From Macrostomum hystrix (lineage: Eukaryota > Animalia > Platyhelminthes), in NCBI GenBank assembly GCA_950097015.1, contig CATNEN010000038.1, positions 21,080,001 through 21,144,000 on the forward strand: 64,000 bases of DNA. The letters run 5' to 3'. Numbering within the stretch: position 1 is the first letter of the stretch; every line of letters begins with the position of its first letter. Positions 13,170 to 24,100 of the stretch are shown here, one piece after another. Made by a program: the position numbers and the translations under genes. The notes beneath the pieces are model-generated. The model had not been told where the DNA came from and ran no database searches. It saw only the letters and a list, made by a program, of their open reading frames with translations.

Positions 13170-16100
13170 TCACAGAGGCTTAGTCAACAGCTCGACAGAA
13201 ACTCTAGTCATTGACAGCTCTCTTCGGCTACTGAATTGTCCGCCACGACTTGACGCCGCTGCTGATGATGAAGCGAGAGTCCTTGAACGAGGCCGCGCCG
13301 ATAGCAACGGCCAACGAATTGTCGCCTTCCGAGTTGTCGGCACGCCAGCTTGTTTGAGCAAGCTGATCACATCTTGTTCCGCAGATTTTGCAAATGTTTT
13401 GGTTGAAGTTCTACCATTCTGACATTCTTTATCACCGGACCGTGTGGAAGCCAGCCCAACAAGTTCGTCTGCTAATCTGAGATTAAATTCAGCAAGAAGT
13501 CGAACATCAGCATCCGCTAACAACAGCTGATTGTTCTCAGTTTTATTGATATCTCTGCGCGCTCGCGATGCAGCTTCGTCGGCGCGACGCATCGGTGCCA
13601 GAAGGTTCGAGCAATCGGCACGAAACTGCTCGACATTCGCTGACAGGGCGGCTAGGTTCGCCTGCCGATGCTCAACCAGAGCGTTCAATCCGGCGAGCTC
13701 AGCGGCTGTCTGGTCGAGGCTGGCGAGGGCTGCTTCCCGACAACTCCGGCTGGCTTCCCGACGTTCAACAGCCTCAGTCAGATCCGCTTGAAGCTGGTGC
13801 AGTTCAGCAGACAGGGCGTCTTTAACGCTTTCCAATTCTCGCTGATCGTTGAACCCCGACGCGTCATGGCTCTCGACAGCGCACAATGTAAACCGACTCT
13901 GATGAAAATTGGAAGTCATTTAAAGTCATCTGGGAAGAAGATAAAAAAGCACTAGAAGAAAATCCGTAGTAACCAACCTTCAAGTCGGCGGCCACGTCAA
14001 CCGCATCAACCTGACGTCGCAGTCGACGCATCCGAACAAGCAGGGCTTCACAGCGCAGGAGTTCCTCTTCAACGGTTCGCCGCGCTGACGCTGCTCGGGC
14101 AAGTCGTCGTCGCCGTTTACTGGTCCTGTTCCCTCCGACAGAGGTGTCTTCGGTTGCTAAGGACGCATCGTCTTGCTGCTGAGGCTCAGTATATTCAACT
14201 TCGGCTGTGGCTGCGGCTGTGGCATCCCTGGCTGTTGCTAGGCTACGCTTCAGGCGCTCGGTCTCAGCGCCGGCGCGCTGGCGAGCTTCCGACGCTGCAC
14301 GACGTTCGCGCGACGTTCGCGCCACGGCTCGCCGCGCCAACTCTCCTGCGTGTCTTTCGGCTTCGACATCGGCAGCTAGGCTGACCGCGGCTCTTCGCAG
14401 TCGTTCGATGTCGCGACGCCAGTCGGCTGCCGCCGCGCGCATCTGAAGCAGCTGGCGATGATTCAGCCAGTCGGAGAGTCTCTTCAACTCGTCCAGCTCT
14501 GAGGACAGCTCCATTTCGACTTCTGCAAGTAAATCGCGAGACAGTTTTGCTGGGTGAATTTTTTGGTCTCAGTGGTGAGTGGCAGATTGAAAAAACGCCA
14601 AATTCATTTTGGGCGCGGCCGCGGAGACAAGGCTTAGGGACTCTCCCTCAGGAGGCTCCCTCATTGGGGGCTGTTATAGCGTCGGACTCATGATCTAAAG
14701 TTCGGGGTTCGATTCCCGCCTCCTAGCTCTGTATTATTTCAGTTCACCCAGCTCTTAAATGGATAACAGCATCAGTTGGGGTAATTGAGGGTGGGTGTGG
14801 CGTCCCCACAGTCTATGGACGCTGCACGCGGCCTTCAGATGTGCCGCCCAATTGCTGCGGCTGTGCTGTGGACTACACATTAAATACATTTGAGGCAGGT
14901 GTAATTAATGAAATTAATTACTTAGATTCCATAAGACTACCGCACACAAGTTTCTGTACGCCTCCGATATACAAAGCCTTTAAAATCCCGTCTTTATTGT
15001 AAAAAATATTTAGCAGTGTAATTTTGAGTTCAAACAAAGAACTCACTCTTAAGATCTTCATCTTTGCTAGACGTTTTATCGCCAGCTGCAGCCTCCATCG
15101 CAATCCGACTCTTCAGTCTAGCTAATTCCGCATCCTGCTGTTCAATCCTAGCCGCCTGCTGCCCAGCTGACTTCTTCAGCGATGCCAGTCGCTGTCGAGA
15201 CTTCTCCAGCACGGAGCGACTCTCTGCAAGACGATCCTGAAGTGCAGCGTCTTGCATCAGCAGGTCACGCAGTCTACTGGCCACTCGAGGACGACTGCGT
15301 GTCAGCAGGTTGTCGAGTCGGGCTTCCAAGCGACGCAAAGACGCCTCGGAGCGTTTCAGCATCGACGCAGCCGCTGTCTCGGCCGATGCTTCGTCGGGTT
15401 TCGCTTCGTTTTTTGACGTCGCTGTCAGTGCTTGCTGAAGGCGCTCACGATGACTGCGCAGGCTAGTCAGTTTTGAGCGCTCAGCATCAACCTGAGTCTG
15501 GAGTTTTTGTGACAAGATGCAAAATTCAAATACCAATTTTAAGTTTTCAAATACCCTCATTTTTTCTGCATCTCCGAAAATATTCAAAAAAACAACCATG
15601 AAACTCCAGAACACTGGCGAAAATTTTCCACTCTATCCTATTTAATTATTAATTCAACCATTCGTCGAGATATTCAACGAAAGTTTATACAGAGCAATGT
15701 TACGAGTACTTGTTCTTAGTAACACACTAAAAGTGGGGAACGAACCTCGCGCTGGCAGACCGAGACCGGTTTCTGGCTTGTTTGCCTTCGTCAGTCGGCC
15801 ATAGCCACACGCAGTCCTCTCCCACCACTCTTAGTGTGCACAGAAGTCTCTTTTAAGCTTGCCATTTTTATGGCGATATTTTTTTAGTGTTATGTGAGAG
15901 TTTTGCAGCCAAGTCTTTGCTTTTCTACTGTTGTCAGTAGTCTGTTTGTATCTCTCACATTCTCGTCGTCAGGGTCTTCGACAAGAATCATTGAATATCT
16001 GATTCTGACGATGCTGACTCGGACGCATTACCCATTTGCATATCATGTTATCCCCTTTCCATCCGACAATATCCCTTGCTACATATAACTCTCTGTGTGT

Positions 16101-18045
16101 CTTGAATTTACGAGCATCTCGACCATTTTCAGCCCCAAACGTACTTGCAGCTCTGTGGCCACGCTTAGCGCCGCATCGAGGTCCCTCACCGCCACCTCCT
16201 GTGATCGGGCCAGCGCCAACAAACGGCGCCGCATTAGCGCCACAGACTGGCGCCATTCCTTGGCCTCGGAGCTGGCGCTATTTAAGCGCGCCAATTGTCG
16301 CCTCACGAACTTTTGCGTGCGCAACTTTTCTGCGCTGAGCTTCTCAAAATGTTCTCTCAAATTATTTACGTTTCTGTGAGCATCGAACAGTCTGCTCATG
16401 CCGGCCTCTGCCCGAATAGTCAGGAGTTCGATTTCTCGGTCTCGCGCCGCCAGACGCTCGCAGGCGGCGGCGCTGGTCTGGCGTCGGAGCTGGCGCAATT
16501 GACACCTGTCGGAATTCAGCTCCGACTGGGCGCCGGACGTCTCAGCTTTGACAGCCTGAAAGTTTATAATCATACTGACGCTTTATGGTATTTAGCGACA
16601 GTCAACGAGACAGTCATTGTGTCCTTGAGAGAAACTCTGAATTCCCGATTGCTTCATCACTTCACCCGGCAGTAAATTAGTACCAGGATAGAATTGTATG
16701 TGATTGTCCATGGACTGAACAGCTGTAAGCAGTCTTTGGAGCAATAGCTCCCGCTGTACCACTGGCTGCACATCTGACCTCTATTTATAATGTCCAGTTA
16801 AACTAAAATCAATGTCAGCTTCAATTTTAGATTTCTAATTGGTCGCAAAACTCACAGCCGCCTCCTCGCACAGGTCCCGTAGACGTTCTCGCCTCTTCCA
16901 CAAACGCGCGTTGAGAACTGTCCGAAGGCAAAGTTGACGCTCCAGCTCAGCCTCGGCGTTGCTGTTTGTCTCTGTCGCCTTGGCAACAGCCAGGGTCAGT
17001 TCCTTTAGTAGGGCTTCGGCCGCTCTGACAACAGTCTCGGTGGCATTCGCTTCGTCGCCATTCAATTGATCCAGCGCACGACAACGCTGCAACTCCAGAT
17101 TAGCGACAGATCGCTGACAGGCCGTCAGCTGTTGACGCGCCGCGCCAGCGTCTGATAGCTGGGCGCTTAGTCGGCTTAATTCGCGCCCGCTGGCGTCAAA
17201 TTGACGTCGCTCCGATTTGGCATCGGCTCCGGTTGCTAACGCTAATCGGCGAGCCGAGTGAAGCGCCTGGCTAACGGTTGCTAGGCGCGCATTCAAGCCC
17301 AGGATTGAGTTGTCTAGGCACGACAATTCGATGGCCTGTTGCTCTGTTACTGTTCGAAGACTTTTGACCTATTTGTTGATAATAAGGTTGGGATATTGCC
17401 TTGAAGCTCTTGTTGTTATGTGTCTTTCAAATTGATTATTTTTAACCTTTTTTTGCTTTAGCTGTTTAAAACAAGAAAGAAACTTTTCATTATTCAAATC
17501 CATCTGCTTAGACCGGAATAAGTGAGTGAAATAAATATACTTTTTAATTTTAAGAAACAATTTAAAGCTCTGTCTATAAAGTCACAGTTGATAATATTAA
17601 TATACAGGTAATAGTTCAAGTTTTTAGCTATGTAACCAAATGTAGCTAAAATTTTACAAACCTGACTTGCTTTTACGCTGATACAAAAAAAACAAAAGTT
17701 AAAAGTTATTAAAAGGCTTTATTATTATTCGAATTAAAAAGTACATTTGCAGAAATTTCTATACAAATATATAATTAAAGAGATAGAGATTAAATGCACA
17801 CATTTTTGTCATTATACAGTCTGTAGACACGATAATGTAAAATTTTGAAACGCCTTAAACATATATTTCGCATATGCCTATATTGATATACAATATGCAT
17901 TTACTTAAGTTAATCAGAATTTCATATAAACGTGTTTGTAACTTACCTTTTCAATAAGTATTTGATTATCCTTATTTGCTATAATGCACTTATCGTGATC
18001 TGACAAGTCAAATTCTTGCAAAGCGATCTGCCACGAGACCGCCAT
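13170..18045 (-). CDS. CCDC39: Diverged CCDC39-like axonemal-ruler coiled-coil protein (exons 18045-17947, 17368-16856, 16555-16145, 15497-15047, 14549-13978, 13898-13170; ~924 aa)
   Basis: Six exons join in frame via GT-AG introns. Colinear motif similarity to recalled CCDC39: IIANKDNQIL~PVANEENKLL, AETSGAQSEL~TETISAQLEL, EWRQSVALMRRRLL~EFEKRISVADRKLL, EEELLR~EKEELQR, LLKQAGVP~YFQQSGLELP; similar total length. Confidence 0.7.
14570..14906 (+). mobile_element. SINE family B 5' fragment joined to an internally deleted SINE family A copy
   Basis: ATTCATTTTGGGCGCGGCCGCGGAGACAAGGCTT matches family B; GCGTCGGACTCA..GGTTCGATTCC..CAGTTCACCCAGCT..GGCAGGTGTAAT matches family A. Confidence 0.75.
15722..15839 (-). 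ncRNA. Type I hammerhead ribozyme motif (minimal, Penelope-type stem III) in an extended hairpin; core 15758-15800, predicted cleavage between 15764 and 15763
   Basis: Minus strand reads GGCCGA-CUGACGA-AGGC-AAACAA-GCCA-GAAA-CCGG-UC^UCGGUC: conserved core CUGANGA/GAAA/UH, 6-bp stem I, GGC/GCC stem II, palindromic ACCGGU stem III. Flanked by inverted repeats 15723-15739 and 15820-15838. Confidence 0.75.
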
Positions 18046-20042
18046 GTCACAAGAACTAGCCTTGTGCAGGTCTCATCGACAACATTATCCGAACAATTTT
18101 GTAAAATTTATTAGCTAAATTCCAACCGAATGGGCAAGAGACGCTGAAAATGAGTACATTTATTATATGTTTTATTTGCAATTGCGTTAATAATTTTTTA
18201 AAATATTTTTTCATAACACTTTTTTTTGTTTTTTACCGTTTTTTCGCTGTCAACAATGCTTTTATTTGTTTTTCTGTTTTATACCCCGTTTATTAGCGAA
18301 AAATTACCAACCGGAATTCAATTTACATATAATAAGGCTAAAGCTCGTCTTATTGCTGCATTCAGTTTTAACTTTTCACAATTTTGATACTCAACAATAA
18401 TTTTACCCGATGAAGATTTGAATCACCCTTTGTCTTGTATAATTTCTACAACCAAAAACGTTAAGACAATAACGATTGTATAGTGCTGTAGCAAGGACTA
18501 CTTTAATGCAGACTAAACTGTCACTGACTACTAGTGGTACTTGTACTAGCAGCTCCGCTGCTTTTAGGATTAAGTAAGCGGTGATCGCACAGCCAAAATT
18601 TGCGGCGAAATTGAAACATAAATGTTCTGCGGCTGCAGTTATACATATCTATAAACATATGTACGCAAGCTCCTAACTGTCCACATACTGATCGCGTGTC
18701 AGAGGTCAGACGGGGTGGTAACCTAAATTAAGCAACACATTAATAATAGTTTCTTTCGTGCCTATAATTCGGTCAAGCCTGGCAGCTTTTAATATTTAAT
18801 TTTGACCTATGTGTGGGCACAATGCAAAATACTTTCGTATGTATATTAATTTGTAAGCATAGCGAGCTCCACTTTGCTGCATGCAAATCCGCATAGGTTT
18901 TTCAGGTAAAATGTTCTGTATTCAAATGCAAGTTAAAAAAACATCGAAATCGTTTCTCGCACTTTGGACTCGATGCATGCAGTCACGTTGACTCAGCATG
19001 TTTCTGACTGATTGCTTTTTTGTTGGCCTGCTTGAAGCCACTAAGTAAATCTGGGCGTTTTGTCCATCGGATTTATTATTTATAGTTATACGATCACTGC
19101 TTGTCATTTCATGCGTATATTCGTACGATCTGTGTAAAAACCGGAATCAATCTTCGTAAAGATCGAAAAAATCAATTAACGACTAAACGCGTCCTTTAAG
19201 TGCCATGCCAGTTCACAAGTCTTTTTAATGTGATTTGTTTATTCGAAGTCTAATTTATATAATCAATTAGACATTGGTGTTCAGAAAATATTTCTTCGGT
19301 AGTTCATAAAGCACATTTTTTAAGCATCGAACCGATTCTGCAAGCTTAATTTAAGAGCTGCTCTTCGTATTTCTAAAAAACGTAAGGACATTTTTAATTT
19401 ATAACACTTTTGTGTTTCAAAACACACCTGCTGGTATGTTTTTCGTACAATCTTTTTTCGAAACTTTTAAATTCGGTCAGTTTTCTTCCTCTTAGAAATG
19501 TAATTCGGTCAAGGTCATGTGCATATTATACATTTTTTATGTACAAAGCCCGATTGCACTGGCCAATATGTTATCCGCGACTAGCATAATTAATGAGCAA
19601 GTATAGACGCAGCATCGGCATAAAACTATAAATTTTCTTCAACTAAATTTAATATGTTACCCAGTGTTAAGTTATGTTTTAGCATGCAATTCTTATCACA
19701 GCGATTGCTTATGTAAATAAATAATCATTATAGTCATTATAGAATTTTCTTTTCAAGGACACATTGTACTAACTTTTGCAGTCAACAAGAGCAAGCGAGG
19801 TTATTTATTTTTTTCATAGAGTCACGCGTTTTGTCGAGTGATCATACATCAACTGAATATCCAATTTCTTTAGAACTAATCCCAATAAAAGGGCTTAGGA
19901 AACTGGAACGATGCAGAATAGTTTTCATTTTCTACTCAGCGGGCTGTCGACATTTATGACAGAGGTACTTCCGTGAGCTTGCTATTTTTCTCTCGCAACC
20001 TCCGCCACGACTACATGACGATATTTGAGATTTATTGTGGAA

Positions 20043-20553
20043 CCAGATCCAGATCCCAGATCCAGATCCCAGATCCAGATCCCAGATCCAGATCCCAGAT
20101 CCAGATCCCAGATCCAGATCCCAGATCCAGATCCCAGATCCAGATCCCAGATCCAGATCCCAGATCCAGATCCCAGATCCAGATCCCAGATCCCAGATCC
20201 AGATCCCAGATCCAAATCCCAGATCCAGATCCCAGATCCCAGATCCAGATCCCAGATCCAGATCCCTGATCCAGATCCCAGATCCAGATCCCAGATCCCA
20301 GATCCAGATCCCAGATCCAGATCCCAGATCCAGAATCCAGATCCCAGATCCAGATCCCAGATCCAGATCCCTGATCCAGATCCCAGATCCAGATCCCAGA
20401 TCCCAGATCCAGATCCCAGATCCAGATCCCAGATCCAGATCCCAGATCCCAGATCCAGATCCCAGATCCAGATCCCAGATCCAGATCCCAGATCCAGATC
20501 CCAGATCCAGATCCCAGATCCAGATCCCAGATCCAGATCCCAGATCCAGATCC
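20043..20553. repeat. (CCAGAT/CCCAGAT)n 13-bp compound repeat
   Basis: About 39 units; explains ORFs 19932-20726. Confidence 0.95.
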
Positions 20554-20771
20554 CTTGCAGCCAGTTTCAGCCTATCGGAAAATCTCACACATTGTGCATC
20601 CAATACAAACTCCCCATTCCTGCACAGCTGTATAATCAGGTGCTGCTGCTGCTACTGCTGGGTGCTGCCAGCGCTGTTTCAGCTGCTCCAATAGGAATGA
20701 TTCTGTTAACCAGTCAAATAAAATAGGCAATAGGAAGTGATAGCACTGCTTAGGGGACAGAGCAGAGACAG

Positions 20772-20779
20772 TATAAATA
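20772..20779 (+). promoter_or_regulatory. Candidate TATA box upstream of the GPCR gene
   Basis: TATAAATA followed by GGCCCCC, ~420 bp 5' of ATG 21191; position only, no TSS data. Confidence 0.35.
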
Positions 20780-20967
20780 GGCCCCCCTATTTGGTAACCA
20801 CTTTTCTGTCCTTTTGAATACTCGCGACAGGGTAATTGAAGAGAAAGCTTCTACAAATCTGAAAGTGGAGAGAAGACCCAATAGAGTTGTGAGAACGAGA
20901 GACATTAAAGGTCGCTGCTGCTTGGATAATTTTTTGTTCCGCCTTGAATAAAAGATCTCTACAGAGA

Positions 20968-21192
20968 CACAGTGACGTCTATATAGAGTGACAGAGTGAC
21001 ATCTATAAAGTGACAGAGTGACAATTATAGAGTGACAGAGTGAAATTTATAGAGTGACAGAGTGACAATTATAGAGTGACAGAGTGACATCTATAGAGTG
21101 ACAGAGTGACAATTATAGAGTGACAGAGTGAAATTTATAGAGTGACAGAGTGACAATTATAGAGTGACAGAGTGACGTCTATAGAGTGAAAT
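20968..21192. repeat. 22-bp minisatellite ATAGAGTGACAGAGTGACATCT
   Basis: About 10 copies ending at the putative GPCR ATG. Confidence 0.9.
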
Positions 21193-24100
21193 GGAAGTCG
21201 ACGAGTCGTTCGCGTCTCAACTCGGCGCGGACCTTAGCGTCCTATCGGCAGGCTCAGCTGACACCGCCGCCGCCGCCGCCGCCGCGTCTTCCGTCGCCAT
21301 GCATCCATCGGCAGCGCAGCCGTTTTGGGCCGCCGCTCCGCCCAATTCCGCTTCTGCTCTGGAGGTCATTGGTTCGATCTCCTTTGGAAACGGATTTATA
21401 AATAGGGTAAGCTAAGCAAAGAATTTGCAATTGCACTTTAAGAAATCGCAATGAGAATGAAAGTTGCAAGGAGAATGAGAGTTGCAATGAGAATGGGATT
21501 TTTAATGAGAATGGGATTTTTAATGAGAATGGGAGTTTTAATGAGAATGGGAGTTGCAATGAGAATGAGAGTTGCAATGGGAATGAGAGTTGCAATGGGA
21601 ATGAGAGTTGCAATGAGAATGAGAGTTGCAATGAGAATGAGAGTTGCAATGAGAATGAGAGTTGCAATGAGAATGAGAGTTGCAATGGAAATGAGAGTTG
21701 CAATGGGAATGAGAGTTGCAATGAGAATGAGAGTTGCAATGAGAATGAGAGTTGCAATGAGAATGAGAGTTGCAATGGAAATGAGAGTTGCAATGGGAAT
21801 GAGAGTTGCAATGAGAATGAGAGTTGCAATGAGAATGAGAGTTGCAATGAGAATGAGAGTTGCAATGAGAATGAGAGTTGCAATGAGAATGAGAGTTGCA
21901 ATGAGAATGAGAGTTGCAATGAGAATGAGAGTTGCAATGAGAATGAGAGTTGCAATGAGAATGAGAGTTGCAATGAGAATGAGAGTTGCAATGGGAATGA
22001 GAGTTGCAATGAGAATGAGAGTTGCAATGAGAATGAGAGTTGCAATGAGAATGAGAGTTGCAATGAGAATGAGAGTTGCAAGTAGTAATGAGACCATATG
22101 AATATGATCTAGACTGTTAATCTGAAAAGGTTACTAAAAGTACATTCGCACTACCTCGATAAACAGCAAAAAATCTTCCATAGTTTCTATAGCAAGCAGA
22201 AAGGAAAGCTTGTTGCTTTGCAGCGTCCTTTAGAGTAATGAAGAGATTTCGAGAGAGAATATATATATAGTAAGTTTTCAACTAAATTCGTTCAAAAGTT
22301 CTAATTGGCACTCAGCGACCCTCATGAAGCATTGGTTAGAATAATTTGGCAACCTCCCAGGTACCCTCCTAAACGCTGAGCATTCCACGCGCTTCTCTCA
22401 TACAAAAAGTGTCGCTTCATTAAGCATTTTTATTGGAACGGAAGTTAGTCATGAAAACTGTCTATATAGTGGTGCCAGCTATGAAACTGCGATTTGGTTA
22501 AGACCCCTTCTCACACTTTGCCGATAGCTCGCTTAATTGACAATTCGAAAATCTCTGTTCTCGTCTCTGTCTCCACCCAGTCGCCCTCTCGCCATATTAG
22601 TGAAAGGAAATTCTTTAGTCTTTAGCTGGTACTAATAAATGACACTTCAAACTAGAACTATAATAGAGTTAGGCCGAATGCATGCAGTGACTTGTGAAAA
22701 TTGAATTCAGGAAACTCGTTGCTCAAATACTCATAGATGCTAGAAAATCAGCCATCAATCACATTATACTGTAAGAGAAACTAGAATATATCGACCCAGT
22801 TTAACAAAAAAATTGACCAGACTGAATAGTGTAGCAGGTTTTTTTAGTCGAAAGATAATCATAGCGAGGTGAATTTGTTGTCGAACGACTTGAAGTAGCT
22901 TGGTAATGAAGTTAAATGATGTTGGTGTTGATTGTCAGTCGAAATTTAATGATATTGAGGTCAATTGTCAGTCGAAAGGTAATGAGATTGACGTTAATTG
23001 TCAATTGAGGTTTAATTTAGCGATGACTTTCAATATATTAACGTAGAAAACGATATAGAGAACTATTTTTATTTCAAAAAGTGCATGTCCATCTAGCTCA
23101 AAGCAGAAACGACTGCTTTCGAAATTTCCCACTTCGCCAACGATTACTCCATCGCTATATGCGCAGTCATTTTGTAAGCGAGAAGTTTTCTGACAATAGT
23201 ACACGCGAACGAGATATACATTTTAGTTTGACAGGGCAAGGGGACTTGCCCACCAGCTTTCCGGCTTGGAATGAATTGCCCCACCTCCGGTGCTAACCAG
23301 TTCCAACTCAACTCCAAAGTTCTCATCTCGCTATGGGTCAGAGACACAGTTAGGGAACTATAGCTTTGTGAACTGTGAGGAGGGCCAAGAAGTGTTTGTT
23401 GTAGCCGCTGGATGGTAGTTAGGGGGGGGAAATAATAATGTCACTCCCAGTGGCTACTCTATACTCTCATCTAACCCCAGTTCTGTAGTTTCCCCCTTTT
23501 TCACAATGCGTTGCAGTATGTTAGCCGACTAGAACTGAAGGCTGTATATATTTGTCTAACGCTTGCTAGTTCACTTAGAATTCCAAGGGACTATAAGGGA
23601 AAGATTAGTCAGGAGGGATAAAAAAGGGAGAGGTGAGACACGGGGAGAGATGAGACACGGGGAGAGATGAGACACGGGGAGAGATGAGACTTGGGAGAGA
23701 GATAAGATAGGGGAGAGATAAGATAGGGGAGAGATAAGATAGGGCAGAGATAAGATAGGGCAGACATAAGATAGGGGAGAGATAAGATAGGGCAGAGATA
23801 AGATAGGGGAGAGATAAGATAGGGGAGAGATAAGATAGCGCAGAGATAAGATAGGGGAGAGATAAGATAGGGGAAAGATAAGATAGGGGAGAGATAAGAT
23901 AGGGGAGAGATGAGACTGGGGAGAGATAAGATAGGGGAGGGAAAAGATAGGGCAGAGATAAGATAGGGCAGAGATAAGATAGGGGAGAGATAAGATAGGG
24001 GAGAGATAAGATAGGGCAGAGATAAGATAGGGGAGAGATAAGATAGGGGAGAGATAAGATAGGGCAGAGATAAGATAGGGCAGAGATAAGATAGGGGAGA

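Noticed and set aside
15889-16010. Open stretch YSMILVEDPDDENV.. as an extra CCDC39-like exon or a Penelope ORF remnant
   Set aside because: Its phase does not fit the flanking exons, it ends in a stop, and it shows no RT or GIY-YIG motif.
904-16675. Antisense ORFs overlapping real exons (e.g. 904-1356, 6597-7085, 11551-12096, 13531-14446, 16036-16675)
   Set aside because: Shadow frames of GC-rich coding exons on the opposite strand.
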